DNA of 64,000 nucleotides from Terrimicrobiaceae bacterium (GTDB taxonomy: Bacteria; Verrucomicrobiota; Verrucomicrobiia; Chthoniobacterales; Terrimicrobiaceae), in assembly GCA_041752695.1 (NCBI GenBank), contig JBGSVZ010000043.1, forward strand, positions 1 through 64,000, in the 5' to 3' direction. The notes under the pieces are model-generated. The model saw only the letters and a program-made list of their open reading frames with translations, was not told the DNA's origin and did not search any database. The position numbers were made by a program, and so were the translations under genes. Positions 9,246 through 17,834 of this stretch are shown here, one piece after another. Positions within the stretch are counted from its first letter, which is position 1. Every line of letters begins with the position of its first letter.

Positions 9246-9284
9246 ATTAGAAGTCCGGTGCTCTATCCACTGAGCTACGGGTGC
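9246..9284 (-). tRNA. 5' half of tRNA-Arg(UCU), broken just after the anticodon loop (probable att junction)
   Basis: Minus strand reads GCACCCG TA GCTC AGTGGATA GAGC A CCGGA CT TCT AA T: acceptor 5' strand, D arm, anticodon 5' stem and loop. The expected TCCGG, T arm and 3' acceptor strand are absent. Confidence 0.85.
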
Positions 9285-9303
9285 TTAAAGAGTCGAAAGT
9301 CAA

Positions 9304-9332
9304 AGCGTATCAGAGCAGCAGCAGCGAGGCAA
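9304..9332 (-). promoter_or_regulatory. Putative sigma70 promoter of the tRNA half
   Basis: TTGCCT-17 bp-TACGCT with an extended -10 TG, about 20 bp upstream of the tRNA 5' end. Confidence 0.55.
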
Positions 9333-9423
9333 CCCACTAGCGGTGCTCTGCCAGTTCACTAGCGCATGTGCTCTGGAGTAATTTTCATTGACGGTTGACG
9401 CAACAGGTTGTATTCCCTCGCGG

Positions 9424-9816
9424 ATGACCCCCAAGAAACGCCGTATCGTTCTCTCCGCCTTTAGTTTGGTGGAAATGTTGGTTGTCATTGCTGTCATAGC
9501 CATCGTCACCGGCATTGCTATTCCAAATTTAGCCGGACTGAGTTCCCGGGCGAATTTTGCGAAGGATGAGCGTCATGCCCAGGACATTGCCTCTCTCGCA
9601 GCTGCTGCCCGGGCGGCCGGTGCGACTAATCAGTGGACGACCGTGGAAGCGGCGATTGAGGATTTGGAAAATACGGTCACCGTGGCCATCGGGACGAATA
9701 TCGTGGAGTTTCGCATCGAGCTTCTTGCCGACGAAGACCGGGTGAATGTTGCCCAATATCTCGGCGTCGATGCCGATCGGGCCATGGTCTATTACAAAGG
9801 CTACGCGGCGGAATAA
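9424..9816 (+). CDS. Prepilin-type N-terminal cleavage/methylation domain protein (pilin/pseudopilin)
   Basis: KKRRIVLSA-FSLVEMLVVIAVIAIVTGIAIP type IV prepilin motif; ATG at 9424. Confidence 0.85.
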   Translation: MTPKKRRIVLSAFSLVEMLVVIAVIAIVTGIAIPNLAGLSSRANFAKDERHAQDIASLAAAARAAGATNQWTTVEAAIEDLENTVTVAIGTNIVEFRIELLADEDRVNVAQYLGVDADRAMVYYKGYAAE

Positions 9817-11567
9817 CGTCGGCGGCGTTCGCCGGAGAGCAAGGCGACGGCAAGCATAACCAGAAGTGTCGAGTTTGGTTCGGGCACTGTTACCGATTTC
9901 CAAGCGAGCCCGTATGTTTCTGATGTCACCCCGCCGGGCGTCACGTCATAGATCATCCCGTCATAGACGACGTTGATACTGTAAAATCCGGGCGTAGTGA
10001 GGGAAACCCTCAAAAACTCGGTGTTGTTATACAGGCTGACCGATTCGGCGACGAGGATCGAGTCAACACCCGTGTATTGCCAGATTTGCAGATTGAGATT
10101 GGCGAAGCTCAGTTCCTCTCCGGGCGAGCCGTCGAGGGTCAGGTCGGCAGAATCATCAAAGGACCGTCCGGCAAACCAGTTGAGAGATACTGTCAAATCA
10201 GTCTCCGAGTCGAAGGAGGATTGAAAAAGATACTCCTGCGAAGTTCCCGGGTTTGCCGTCCCGATCTGCGCCATGTCCCAGCCAACGCTGAGAATTTCTC
10301 CTCCGCTCAACCCCGCGACGTCGGTGGTTCCGCCGACAAAAACTCCGGCTGCCGCATCCAAATCCAAAGCGCCTGCCCCGGTCGTGTAGTCAAGCGCCTG
10401 TTCGGTGACGATCACCCCGCTCATTAAGATCTGGCCATTATCCCAGCCAGTCGTTTCCTGCGCGCTGGCCATCAGGACCGATTTGATCACCCGGGAGTCG
10501 AGGGCCTCCGCTCCGAGATCTGCGGAATAAAACGGGCTCTTTGCGACATCTTTGAGCAGGGCAACGCCTCCCGCGACGATCGGCGCGGAGAAGCTCGTTC
10601 CGTCCATGCTGAGGAAATATTGGTCGGTCAGCGGGCTGGCCTGCACGAGGGCTTGAATGTCCGGATCCGTGGAGGCACCGATGGAGCCGCTGTCGCCTAG
10701 GTAGGCGGCCAGAACCAACCGCTCGCCAGGCGCGGCGATGTCCACGGCCGCCCGCACACCCGTCACGGTTTGGCCCGTTTCCGGATTGTAAAAGTCCGCC
10801 GGACCACGTGACGAAAATGAGGAGGGATCAAGCCGCGTGGGCCCGCCCACGGATCCGACCGTGATGTTGTTGTAGCCCGAGCCCGGCCCTCCGACGGTTT
10901 CTGCGCCGCCGTTGCCGGCGGAAACCACGAAAGTTACGGTGGGATTCTGACGGGCCAACCCATCGATTGCGACGGTTTCCGGAGAGTTCCCCGCCGGGTC
11001 CGTTCCGCCCCAGCTGCTGTTGATCACATCGGGTTTCTCGCCGTTGATCCCGTTAAAGAAGGCCTTGTAGGTGGTGAGGGTTGACGTGGTTGTGGTGGAA
11101 AACGCTCCCAGATTTGTGGCAGAAAATTCCGTGGCGATGGCGCCCGACCACACGCCCGCGTAGGGTGCGATTCCCAGGCCGGAATAAAAATACTGGTCCG
11201 ACACGGAGTCATATCCCGTGCCCGCCAACGCGTTGCCGACCATCGTGGCGTGAAAATCCACCTCGTTCAGGCTGGTGGTGTTGGTGAAGGTGAATACTGG
11301 GGTGGTGACAGTTGCCGGCCGATTGAAGGCATCGTGGTCGTACCAAATGTGTCCGGCCTCCACGTTCGCCACGATGGTATTGGCTCCCAAATAGCCCGCC
11401 GCGTAAAAAATGTCTGCCCCGACTTCCGGGTTCAAATACGTCGCCCCGGTCTCCGGAACGTAATCGATGAGAAGATGGCCCGTCCCTTGAGCGAACGTTC
11501 CATGGACAGCCGCGAGAAAAAGAGCGGCGAAGGCAATCGGTCGCCAGAGTAAACGGAGGGGAACCAC
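9801..11567 (-). CDS. S8 subtilisin-like peptidase with PEP-CTERM sorting signal
   Basis: Signal peptide, HATMVG, INSSWG, SAGNG and GTSFSAP motifs, C-terminal VPEP-TM-RRRR. Confidence 0.9.
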   Translation of the reverse strand: MVPLRLLWRPIAFAALFLAAVHGTFAQGTGHLLIDYVPETGATYLNPEVGADIFYAAGYLGANTIVANVEAGHIWYDHDAFNRPATVTTPVFTFTNTTSLNEVDFHATMVGNALAGTGYDSVSDQYFYSGLGIAPYAGVWSGAIATEFSATNLGAFSTTTTSTLTTYKAFFNGINGEKPDVINSSWGGTDPAGNSPETVAIDGLARQNPTVTFVVSAGNGGAETVGGPGSGYNNITVGSVGGPTRLDPSSFSSRGPADFYNPETGQTVTGVRAAVDIAAPGERLVLAAYLGDSGSIGASTDPDIQALVQASPLTDQYFLSMDGTSFSAPIVAGGVALLKDVAKSPFYSADLGAEALDSRVIKSVLMASAQETTGWDNGQILMSGVIVTEQALDYTTGAGALDLDAAAGVFVGGTTDVAGLSGGEILSVGWDMAQIGTANPGTSQEYLFQSSFDSETDLTVSLNWFAGRSFDDSADLTLDGSPGEELSFANLNLQIWQYTGVDSILVAESVSLYNNTEFLRVSLTTPGFYSINVVYDGMIYDVTPGGVTSETYGLAWKSVTVPEPNSTLLVMLAVALLSGERRRRYSAA

Positions 11568-11655
11568 GGAGGCTAATAAAGACCAGCCAGAGAGGTCGTC
11601 AAGAGCGGTCTTCTCAGGGATTTCGGAAGGATCCGATCCGATTTTGCTGAGAGGA

Positions 11656-12111
11656 TTACTTCGCGGGGAAGATTCGAGCCATGGCCGTCTGCCGGAACCG
11701 GAAAATGTTCCGCAGCTCCGCCCTCACCAAAGGATGCACCAGATTGCCCAAAGGCGCGAACGGCATGGTGTATTGCACATGGTCGCGCGCCAGGGTGCCG
11801 CCCTCCACCTCCTCGAAGATATGACGGTGCAGCCAGGACCCATATGGGCCGCGGAGTTGTTCGTCCGAAAATTCCTGGGGCGGGTTCCAGCCGCAGATCC
11901 GCGACCGCCAGTGCATCGGCCAGCCTCGCAGCCGGATGCGATAGTCAATGACCGTGCCTTCGCCCATCTGTTGGGGCACGGGCGGCAGGATTTCAAACCC
12001 CAGCGTCTTCGGTGTCAGTTCGCTCAGGTTTTTCGCATCGGAGAAAAACGCGAAGACCGTCCCGCGGGGGTGGGGGAGAAAAATTTCCGAGTCGAAAGTG
12101 TAGGCGCGCAT
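11656..12111 (-). CDS. SRPBCC (START-like) family protein
   Basis: VFAFFSDAKNLSELTP, FSDEQLRGPYGSWLHRHIF and IFRFRQ signature segments. Confidence 0.85.
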   Translation of the reverse strand: MRAYTFDSEIFLPHPRGTVFAFFSDAKNLSELTPKTLGFEILPPVPQQMGEGTVIDYRIRLRGWPMHWRSRICGWNPPQEFSDEQLRGPYGSWLHRHIFEEVEGGTLARDHVQYTMPFAPLGNLVHPLVRAELRNIFRFRQTAMARIFPAK

Positions 12112-12721
12112 TGTCTTCCTCCAGGTGAAACGTTGCCGGCTCCTCTGCGGATGCAGGTCGTCCCTCCATCTGCCAGCGTTTGATGGCCTCGACCGGATGC
12201 ACCAGCATGATCACATTCAGGGTGAGATTGTCCCGAATCCAAAACAGGCAGCCAATTTCCATGGCGAGCACGAGGGCGATGGTGAGGGCCGGCCGCAGCC
12301 TCCAGGCCAGAAGAAATCCGAGGGACATCATCAGGATATCACTGGTTGAATTCAAAATGCTGTCGCCCGCATAACCGAGGGCCATCGTCGCCTCTCGGTA
12401 GCGGTTGATGATGATCGGGGAATTTTCCAGCAGCTCCCAACCCGCTTCGAGCACCACTGCGATGAGATAGCGGGCGGAAACGGGCAGCCGCCGGGCGACC
12501 AGCCAGAGCAGACCATAAAAAAGCATGCCATGAATGATATGCGAGAATGCGTAGGCGTCCGCCACCCGCTGGGAGCAGCCCGCACTCCACGTATCGCCTT
12601 CCCAGAGGCCGAATTGTCCGTCCGGGCCGAAGACAGAGCGCCCCATCCCCCATTCCGTGAGCGCCGTGGCTACAATGACCCCGACAGCAAGCAGGAGGAA
12701 AAGCCGGTCACGCGATTTCAT
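11993..12721 (-). CDS. DUF2585 (UPF0314) membrane protein
   Basis: SQRVADAYAFSHIIHG, EAGWELLENSPIIINRYR, GDSILNS and RDNLTLNVIML motifs; start taken at MKSRD. Confidence 0.85.
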   Translation of the reverse strand: MKSRDRLFLLLAVGVIVATALTEWGMGRSVFGPDGQFGLWEGDTWSAGCSQRVADAYAFSHIIHGMLFYGLLWLVARRLPVSARYLIAVVLEAGWELLENSPIIINRYREATMALGYAGDSILNSTSDILMMSLGFLLAWRLRPALTIALVLAMEIGCLFWIRDNLTLNVIMLVHPVEAIKRWQMEGRPASAEEPATFHLEEDNARLHFRLGNFSPPPPRDGLRVFLRCEKPERTDTEDAGV

Positions 12722-12829
12722 GGCTGGACGATGAAGGGGGATTTCCAACGAGTAAAGCCGCCATGCCTTCGGATTGACACCGCCGCTCCGGCGATTCAAG
12801 TTCGTCAGCGAATTCACCCTACTTTTATT

Positions 12830-13306
12830 ATGGCACTTCCCGTTGGTTCGACCGCACCCGATTTCACCCTCAAAAGCATGGGCCCGAACGGCCTGGAAGA
12901 CGTCACTCTGAGCGTCAATGCCGGCGTGAAACCCACTGTCCTTCTCTTTTTTCCGCTCGCCTTCACCGGCGTCTGCACCCAGGAGTTCTGTGACGTCACC
13001 GCGGGCCTCTCGAAATATTCCGATCTCAATGCGGATGTGATTGGCATCAGTGTCGACAGCCCCTTCGCGCAGGATGCCTGGGCGAAAAAAGAAAAAATCG
13101 GCATCCGGCTGGTCAGTGACCTGAACAAGGACGTCACCAAGGCCTACGATGTGGTGTTTCCCGCTCTGGCCGGTATTGGGGATACCTCCGCACGTGCGGC
13201 TTTTGTGGTCGGAAAAGACGGGGTCATCGCCTACAGCGAACAGACCCCCAGCCCGAAGGAACTTCCCAGCTTCGACAAGATTGAGGAAGTCCTCAAGACG
13301 CTCTGA
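12830..13306 (+). CDS. Peroxiredoxin (AhpC/TSA, AhpE-like)
   Basis: APDFTL, FFPLAFTGVCTQEFC (PxxxTxxC), GISVDS and RAAFVV motifs. Confidence 0.9.
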   Translation: MALPVGSTAPDFTLKSMGPNGLEDVTLSVNAGVKPTVLLFFPLAFTGVCTQEFCDVTAGLSKYSDLNADVIGISVDSPFAQDAWAKKEKIGIRLVSDLNKDVTKAYDVVFPALAGIGDTSARAAFVVGKDGVIAYSEQTPSPKELPSFDKIEEVLKTL

Positions 13307-13308
13307 CC

Positions 13309-14016
13309 ATGAGCTCGCTCCGGCAAGGCGGGGATGGCGCTTTGGGTCGCCCGCTTAACTTCCTTCCCTGCCTGCTGGCAGCGCTGGCCCTCTCCTTGGG
13401 TGCCTGCGGGAAAAAGCCTCCCGAACCCGCCGCGTCCGCGCCGGTTCCGACTCCGGAACCGGGTTATGCTGGCATTCCCGAAACACCGGCTCCCTCGGCG
13501 GCCCCGGAAGCTCCCGCCGGTCCCGTGGAGGCTCCCGCGCAGGTGAATCTGGATGTGGCCGACGCGGAAAACCAGCGGATCAAAGCCGAGGTGTTGGAAC
13601 GCATTGACGTCATGCCCAAGCTCACCCCGGAGGAGAAAGACAAACTCTACGTACTCGTGGATCGCGCCCGCGGCATGGGCAGGATTATCACCATTCCGTT
13701 TTCCTCCGGCAAGGTGACGATTGGCAGTGCCGAGTCGGCCTCCCTCAAAGAAAAAATCGCCCTGCCCCAGATCAAAAAATTCTCCGACGATCCCACGGTG
13801 GTTTTTGTCGTGCTCGGTTACGCCGACACCAAGGGCGATCCGAAAAAGAATGTCGCAATCTCGCGCGACCGCGCGGAGAGCGTGGTGAAGACGCTGAAAG
13901 ACCGCCTCGGCGTGATGAACGTGGTCCATGCGGTGGGCATGGGGGGGTCGGAAATGTTCGACGCCAAGGATCTCGACAAAAATCGCGTCGTCGAAGTCTG
14001 GGCCGTCTTGCCCTGA
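13309..14016 (+). CDS. OmpA-family (peptidoglycan-binding) lipoprotein with Pro/Ala linker
   Basis: Lipobox LGAC; GYADTKG..N..ISRDRAESV and NRVVEV OmpA C-domain motifs. Confidence 0.85.
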   Translation: MSSLRQGGDGALGRPLNFLPCLLAALALSLGACGKKPPEPAASAPVPTPEPGYAGIPETPAPSAAPEAPAGPVEAPAQVNLDVADAENQRIKAEVLERIDVMPKLTPEEKDKLYVLVDRARGMGRIITIPFSSGKVTIGSAESASLKEKIALPQIKKFSDDPTVVFVVLGYADTKGDPKKNVAISRDRAESVVKTLKDRLGVMNVVHAVGMGGSEMFDAKDLDKNRVVEVWAVLP

Positions 14017-14098
14017 TGGGCGTTTGAGTCATGAGAGTTGCGAGGACCGGCCGCTCCGTTTTCCTCCCGATCTCTGAACTCCCATCTTCGATCTCCGA

Positions 14099-16003
14099 AT
14101 GACCGAACCCTCCACCTCCGAAGGGCTCGCGCCCATTCCGCTGCGCGACGGGCTGGTGCTTGGCCGTGGGGCGGAGGCGGATTTTATTCTGCCGGACGCC
14201 TCGATCTCCCGTCGCCACGCGCAGATCCATCGCAGTGCGGACGGCTGGCGGATTGAGGACCTCGGCAGCCGCAGCGGCTCGTTTCTCAATGGGCGTCTCT
14301 TTCAAAATGAAGAGCTGGTTTTTGGGGACCGGTTGCGTTTGGGCCCGTTTCATCTGCGGTTCGACGGGCGGTTTTTTCAGGAAACCGCCGGGGTCACCGG
14401 CGCGCGGCTGCATGCCAGCGGACTGCAAAAATCCGTCGGGCCCGTGCGGATCCTTTCCGATATTTCCCTGGCGGTGGAGCCGTGCCAATTTGTCGGGGTG
14501 ATCGGCTCCAGTGGTGCAGGCAAATCCACCCTGCTGGACGCCCTCTGCGCCTTGCGTCCCGCCGATTCCGGCACCGTACTTCTCGATGGGGCCGACCTCT
14601 ACGAAAACTACGAAGCGCTGCGCGAGGAACTCGGTTATGTGCCACAGGACGACATTGTCCCACTCGAGTTGTCCGTGGAAGACGCCCTTTTTTACGGCGC
14701 GCGCCTTCGCCTCCCGAAGGCGACGCCCATGGCGGAGATTCGTCGGCTCGTCAAACACACCATCGCCCGCCTCGGTCTGGAAGAACGCGCCCGCACTCCT
14801 GTGGGCAAACTCTCCGGTGGCCAGCGCAAACGCGTTTCCGTCGGCGCCGAGTTGCTCTGCCGTCCGCGTCTGATGTTTCTCGACGAGCCCACCTCCGGCC
14901 TCGATCCCGCGGCAGAGTTCCGGCTGATGGAATCCCTCCGCCATCTTGCGTCCACGGGTTGCACCATTCTCTGCACCACCCACGTGATGGGCAACGCGTA
15001 CCTTTTCGACCGTCTTGCCGTTATGTTCGGCGGACGTCTCGTCTTTTTTGGGGAACCGGCCAGGGCCCTCGAACATTTTGGCGTCGACCGCCTCACGCTC
15101 CTCTACGACCAACTCGCGACCCGCGCGCCGTCGGATTGGCCGATCCATCAGGAAACCACTCCGCCTCCCGAGTGGGCAGCCCCGCCCAGAAAACACAAAC
15201 GCGCCGCCGCACTGCCGATCCTGCTCATGCGCCAGTGGGCCATCCTGCGCTCGGACTGGAAAAATTTCCTCCTCATGCTCGGCCAGCCTGTGTTCATTGG
15301 CTTGCTCGTCACCTGGGTGAGCCAGGATCCTCCGCTCATCCTCTTCTTTGCCTACATTGCCACGCTGTGGTTTGGCTGTGGCAACGCGGCTCAGGAGATC
15401 GTGAAAGAACTCCCGATGTTTCGCCGCGAACGGCTCATTGGACTCGGCCGCCACGAATACCTGCTCGCCAAATTCATCGCCCTCGCGCGGATCACCGCCG
15501 TCCAGAGCATGTTGCTTTACGGAGTGATGCAGCTCGGGGCGCGCGGCATTGGCGGGGCCGTCGGCTGGCAGATTCCCGGGCTCATTCTCACCGCCCTGGC
15601 CGCGGTGGGCATTGGTCTCGCCATCTCCGCGTGGGCTCGCAGTGTGCTTCAGGCCGTGATGTTGGTTCCGCTTGTCCTCATCCCGCAAATCCTCTTTTCC
15701 GGCTTCACCCCGCCCGCTGGTGACATGAAGGACGGTCCATTTTACGTCTCCCGCGTGATGCCCAGTGCCGCGGTGCAGAGTGTGATGGATGTGAGTCTGT
15801 TCTGGGGCCAGAAGGTTGGGGGTGCCATGCGGGTCGATTATCCGTCGGCGTTTTCCAACCTCAACCGCGACAAGTCCCTGAAAAACGGACAGACCTTCGA
15901 CAATGGCAAACCTGCCTGGTGGGGGCTCGGTGCCCTTGCCGTCTGGGCCATCGGATCGTACTGGGCGGCGTGGTTCGCCCTACGAGGGAAAGAGCGCGGG
16001 TAG
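14099..16003 (+). CDS. FHA domain + ABC ATPase + ABC-2 permease fusion (Rv1747-like exporter)
   Basis: FHA motifs LGR..SRRHA..DLGSRSGSFLNG, Walker A GSSGAGKS, LSGGQRKR, DEPTSGLD and C-terminal TM helices. Confidence 0.9.
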   Translation: MTEPSTSEGLAPIPLRDGLVLGRGAEADFILPDASISRRHAQIHRSADGWRIEDLGSRSGSFLNGRLFQNEELVFGDRLRLGPFHLRFDGRFFQETAGVTGARLHASGLQKSVGPVRILSDISLAVEPCQFVGVIGSSGAGKSTLLDALCALRPADSGTVLLDGADLYENYEALREELGYVPQDDIVPLELSVEDALFYGARLRLPKATPMAEIRRLVKHTIARLGLEERARTPVGKLSGGQRKRVSVGAELLCRPRLMFLDEPTSGLDPAAEFRLMESLRHLASTGCTILCTTHVMGNAYLFDRLAVMFGGRLVFFGEPARALEHFGVDRLTLLYDQLATRAPSDWPIHQETTPPPEWAAPPRKHKRAAALPILLMRQWAILRSDWKNFLLMLGQPVFIGLLVTWVSQDPPLILFFAYIATLWFGCGNAAQEIVKELPMFRRERLIGLGRHEYLLAKFIALARITAVQSMLLYGVMQLGARGIGGAVGWQIPGLILTALAAVGIGLAISAWARSVLQAVMLVPLVLIPQILFSGFTPPAGDMKDGPFYVSRVMPSAAVQSVMDVSLFWGQKVGGAMRVDYPSAFSNLNRDKSLKNGQTFDNGKPAWWGLGALAVWAIGSYWAAWFALRGKERG

Positions 16004-16007
16004 GACG

Positions 16008-16928
16008 CTAGCCTTCCAAACACGCCCTCGCCGTATTCACGTGCACCTGGACGACCTTCCGGACGTCCTCGGTGTAGCCGCCAGCCAGCACCCACGCGAT
16101 GGGGATCTGGTGCTGACGCGCAAACGCGAAAACCCGGCGGTCGCGTTGGAAAAGATCTTCGTGACTGAGGTCGAGCGGGGAATACGGATCGTCGCGCAAG
16201 GGATCGGCCCCGGCCTGGAAAAGGAGAAGGTCGGGACGGCCCTCCGCGATCAACCAGGACAGATGTTCGTCGAGGATGGCGAGGAGATTTTTGCCATCGT
16301 CAGCGCCGGGAATGAGCGGCACGGAAAAATGATTGGGACCGTCCGTGTGGTGGCGTTCGGTGACATCGCGGTAGGGCACGTTGTCAGCGTAGTCGTTGCC
16401 GTAAATGGACAACGCCCGAAGCCACGGCCTCCCGGCGGCCAGCGAGGCGGTGCCGTTGCCGTAATGCAAGTCGAGGTCGAGCACGGCGGCGGTTTCGATC
16501 AGGCCCTCGGAACGCAGTTTTTCCAACGCGACGACCAGGCCGTTGAAGGTGCAAAATCCTTCGCCGTGATCGGCGCAGGCATGGTGAAAACCGCTGGCCA
16601 GCGCGCCGGAGACGCCGGTTTTTAATGCCTCGCGTCCTGCCGCGAGAACGCCGCCGCTGGTCAATCGCACACTGGGAAACAGGGCGGGGGACCAGGGGAA
16701 TTTTTGTGATTCGGCCAGGGCGCGCGGTTCGCCGGTTTGCACCGCGGTAACGTAGTCCGCGGTGTGCCCACGGAGGAGGTCTTCGATTTCGACCGGAGGC
16801 GGGGGCAGGATCGCAATGCCTTCCACGCCGCGAAGTTCCTCTGCCACGAGCCCAAATTTACGGATCGGCATGATGTGATTGCCGAGGGGAGCAGCGAAAC
16901 CGGGATCGTAAAACAGCGTGAGGCTCAT
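16008..16928 (-). CDS. Zn-dependent histone deacetylase-family protein
   Basis: GFHHA, GFCTFN, LDLDLHYGNG, QAGADP and AGGY motifs all intact. Confidence 0.92.
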   Translation of the reverse strand: MSLTLFYDPGFAAPLGNHIMPIRKFGLVAEELRGVEGIAILPPPPVEIEDLLRGHTADYVTAVQTGEPRALAESQKFPWSPALFPSVRLTSGGVLAAGREALKTGVSGALASGFHHACADHGEGFCTFNGLVVALEKLRSEGLIETAAVLDLDLHYGNGTASLAAGRPWLRALSIYGNDYADNVPYRDVTERHHTDGPNHFSVPLIPGADDGKNLLAILDEHLSWLIAEGRPDLLLFQAGADPLRDDPYSPLDLSHEDLFQRDRRVFAFARQHQIPIAWVLAGGYTEDVRKVVQVHVNTARACLEG

Positions 16929-17776
16929 GCGGGGAGCACGTCGGAGATGGGGGGGAGGAGGGCGATCCGGGCATCCGCGGCGGGATACGTCTCCAGCGAG
17001 GCAAAGAGGGGGATCATGTCCTTTTCCCGAAAGCCCGCCCGATACATGCGGTAAAGCGACTCGGCGATGTCGCGCGCCTCGCGGCCGCTGATCTCGGTTT
17101 CGGCCTCGCGCCCCACGCGGCGGATGATCAGCGCAAGCGGGATGGGTTTGGGTCCGCCCTGATCATCAATGTCCTCCGGAGCGTGGAAGTCCGGCTGGAG
17201 GTAATTGACAGCGCTTGGATCGATCTTGCGATACCCCGCTTTTTCGTAGGCCTTCAGGCGCACCAGCGAGGCCATGTCGTTGGGATCCGGATGTTCCATC
17301 TCGCCAACCAGCGTGATGGTCGCGTCCGCGGGGCGGCCTTGCGCGGCCAGGGTATTGCGGGCGGTCAGAATGGGCAGGGCGCGCAGCCATCCGGCGAGCC
17401 CGGTGCGTCGCCATTCGGGGGCGATGAGGTTGTGGGAAAGATGGACGACAGCCCCCTCGTGGTCGTCGCGAACAATGGCGGTGTGATCGCGTACGGCGGC
17501 GATTTTCCCCCCGGCCTTAAGCAGCATCATACGGTAGCGCAGCGCGCAGCCCTTGATCATGGCATGGCCGTTCCACATCATGCGGCGGGAGAGCACGGCG
17601 GGTTGTTCGACTTCGCCGCTTTCGCCGAATTCGGACCAGAGCGTGCCGAAGGCCTCATCAAAGAGCGGGTCCTCGGCGGACTCCACCCGATGAAGTTCCA
17701 GGCCACTCCAGTCCCGGTCCAGGCTCTTGGAGTCGCCTGGCGCGAGGTCCTCTGGTATCATCCACGGTTGCAACAT
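16925..17776 (-). CDS. GNAT-fold acyltransferase-like protein
   Basis: LIAPEWRRTGLA (acetyl-CoA binding motif A) and YEKAGY; ATGA overlap with the deacetylase gene. Confidence 0.6.
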   Translation of the reverse strand: MLQPWMIPEDLAPGDSKSLDRDWSGLELHRVESAEDPLFDEAFGTLWSEFGESGEVEQPAVLSRRMMWNGHAMIKGCALRYRMMLLKAGGKIAAVRDHTAIVRDDHEGAVVHLSHNLIAPEWRRTGLAGWLRALPILTARNTLAAQGRPADATITLVGEMEHPDPNDMASLVRLKAYEKAGYRKIDPSAVNYLQPDFHAPEDIDDQGGPKPIPLALIIRRVGREAETEISGREARDIAESLYRMYRAGFREKDMIPLFASLETYPAADARIALLPPISDVLPA

Positions 17777-17834
17777 CTTCTCAGTGCAACGTAGCAAAAC
17801 CGTCAAAAAGGAACAGTCGGAATACGCGGGCGGC

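Noticed and set aside
13772..15688. 638-aa antisense ORF (likewise 18396-19829, 23138-24640, 26586-28067, 28650-29975, 40428-42344, 59199-61721 and 61421-63667)
   Set aside because: Shadow frames opposite well-supported genes in GC-rich DNA, with no motifs of their own.
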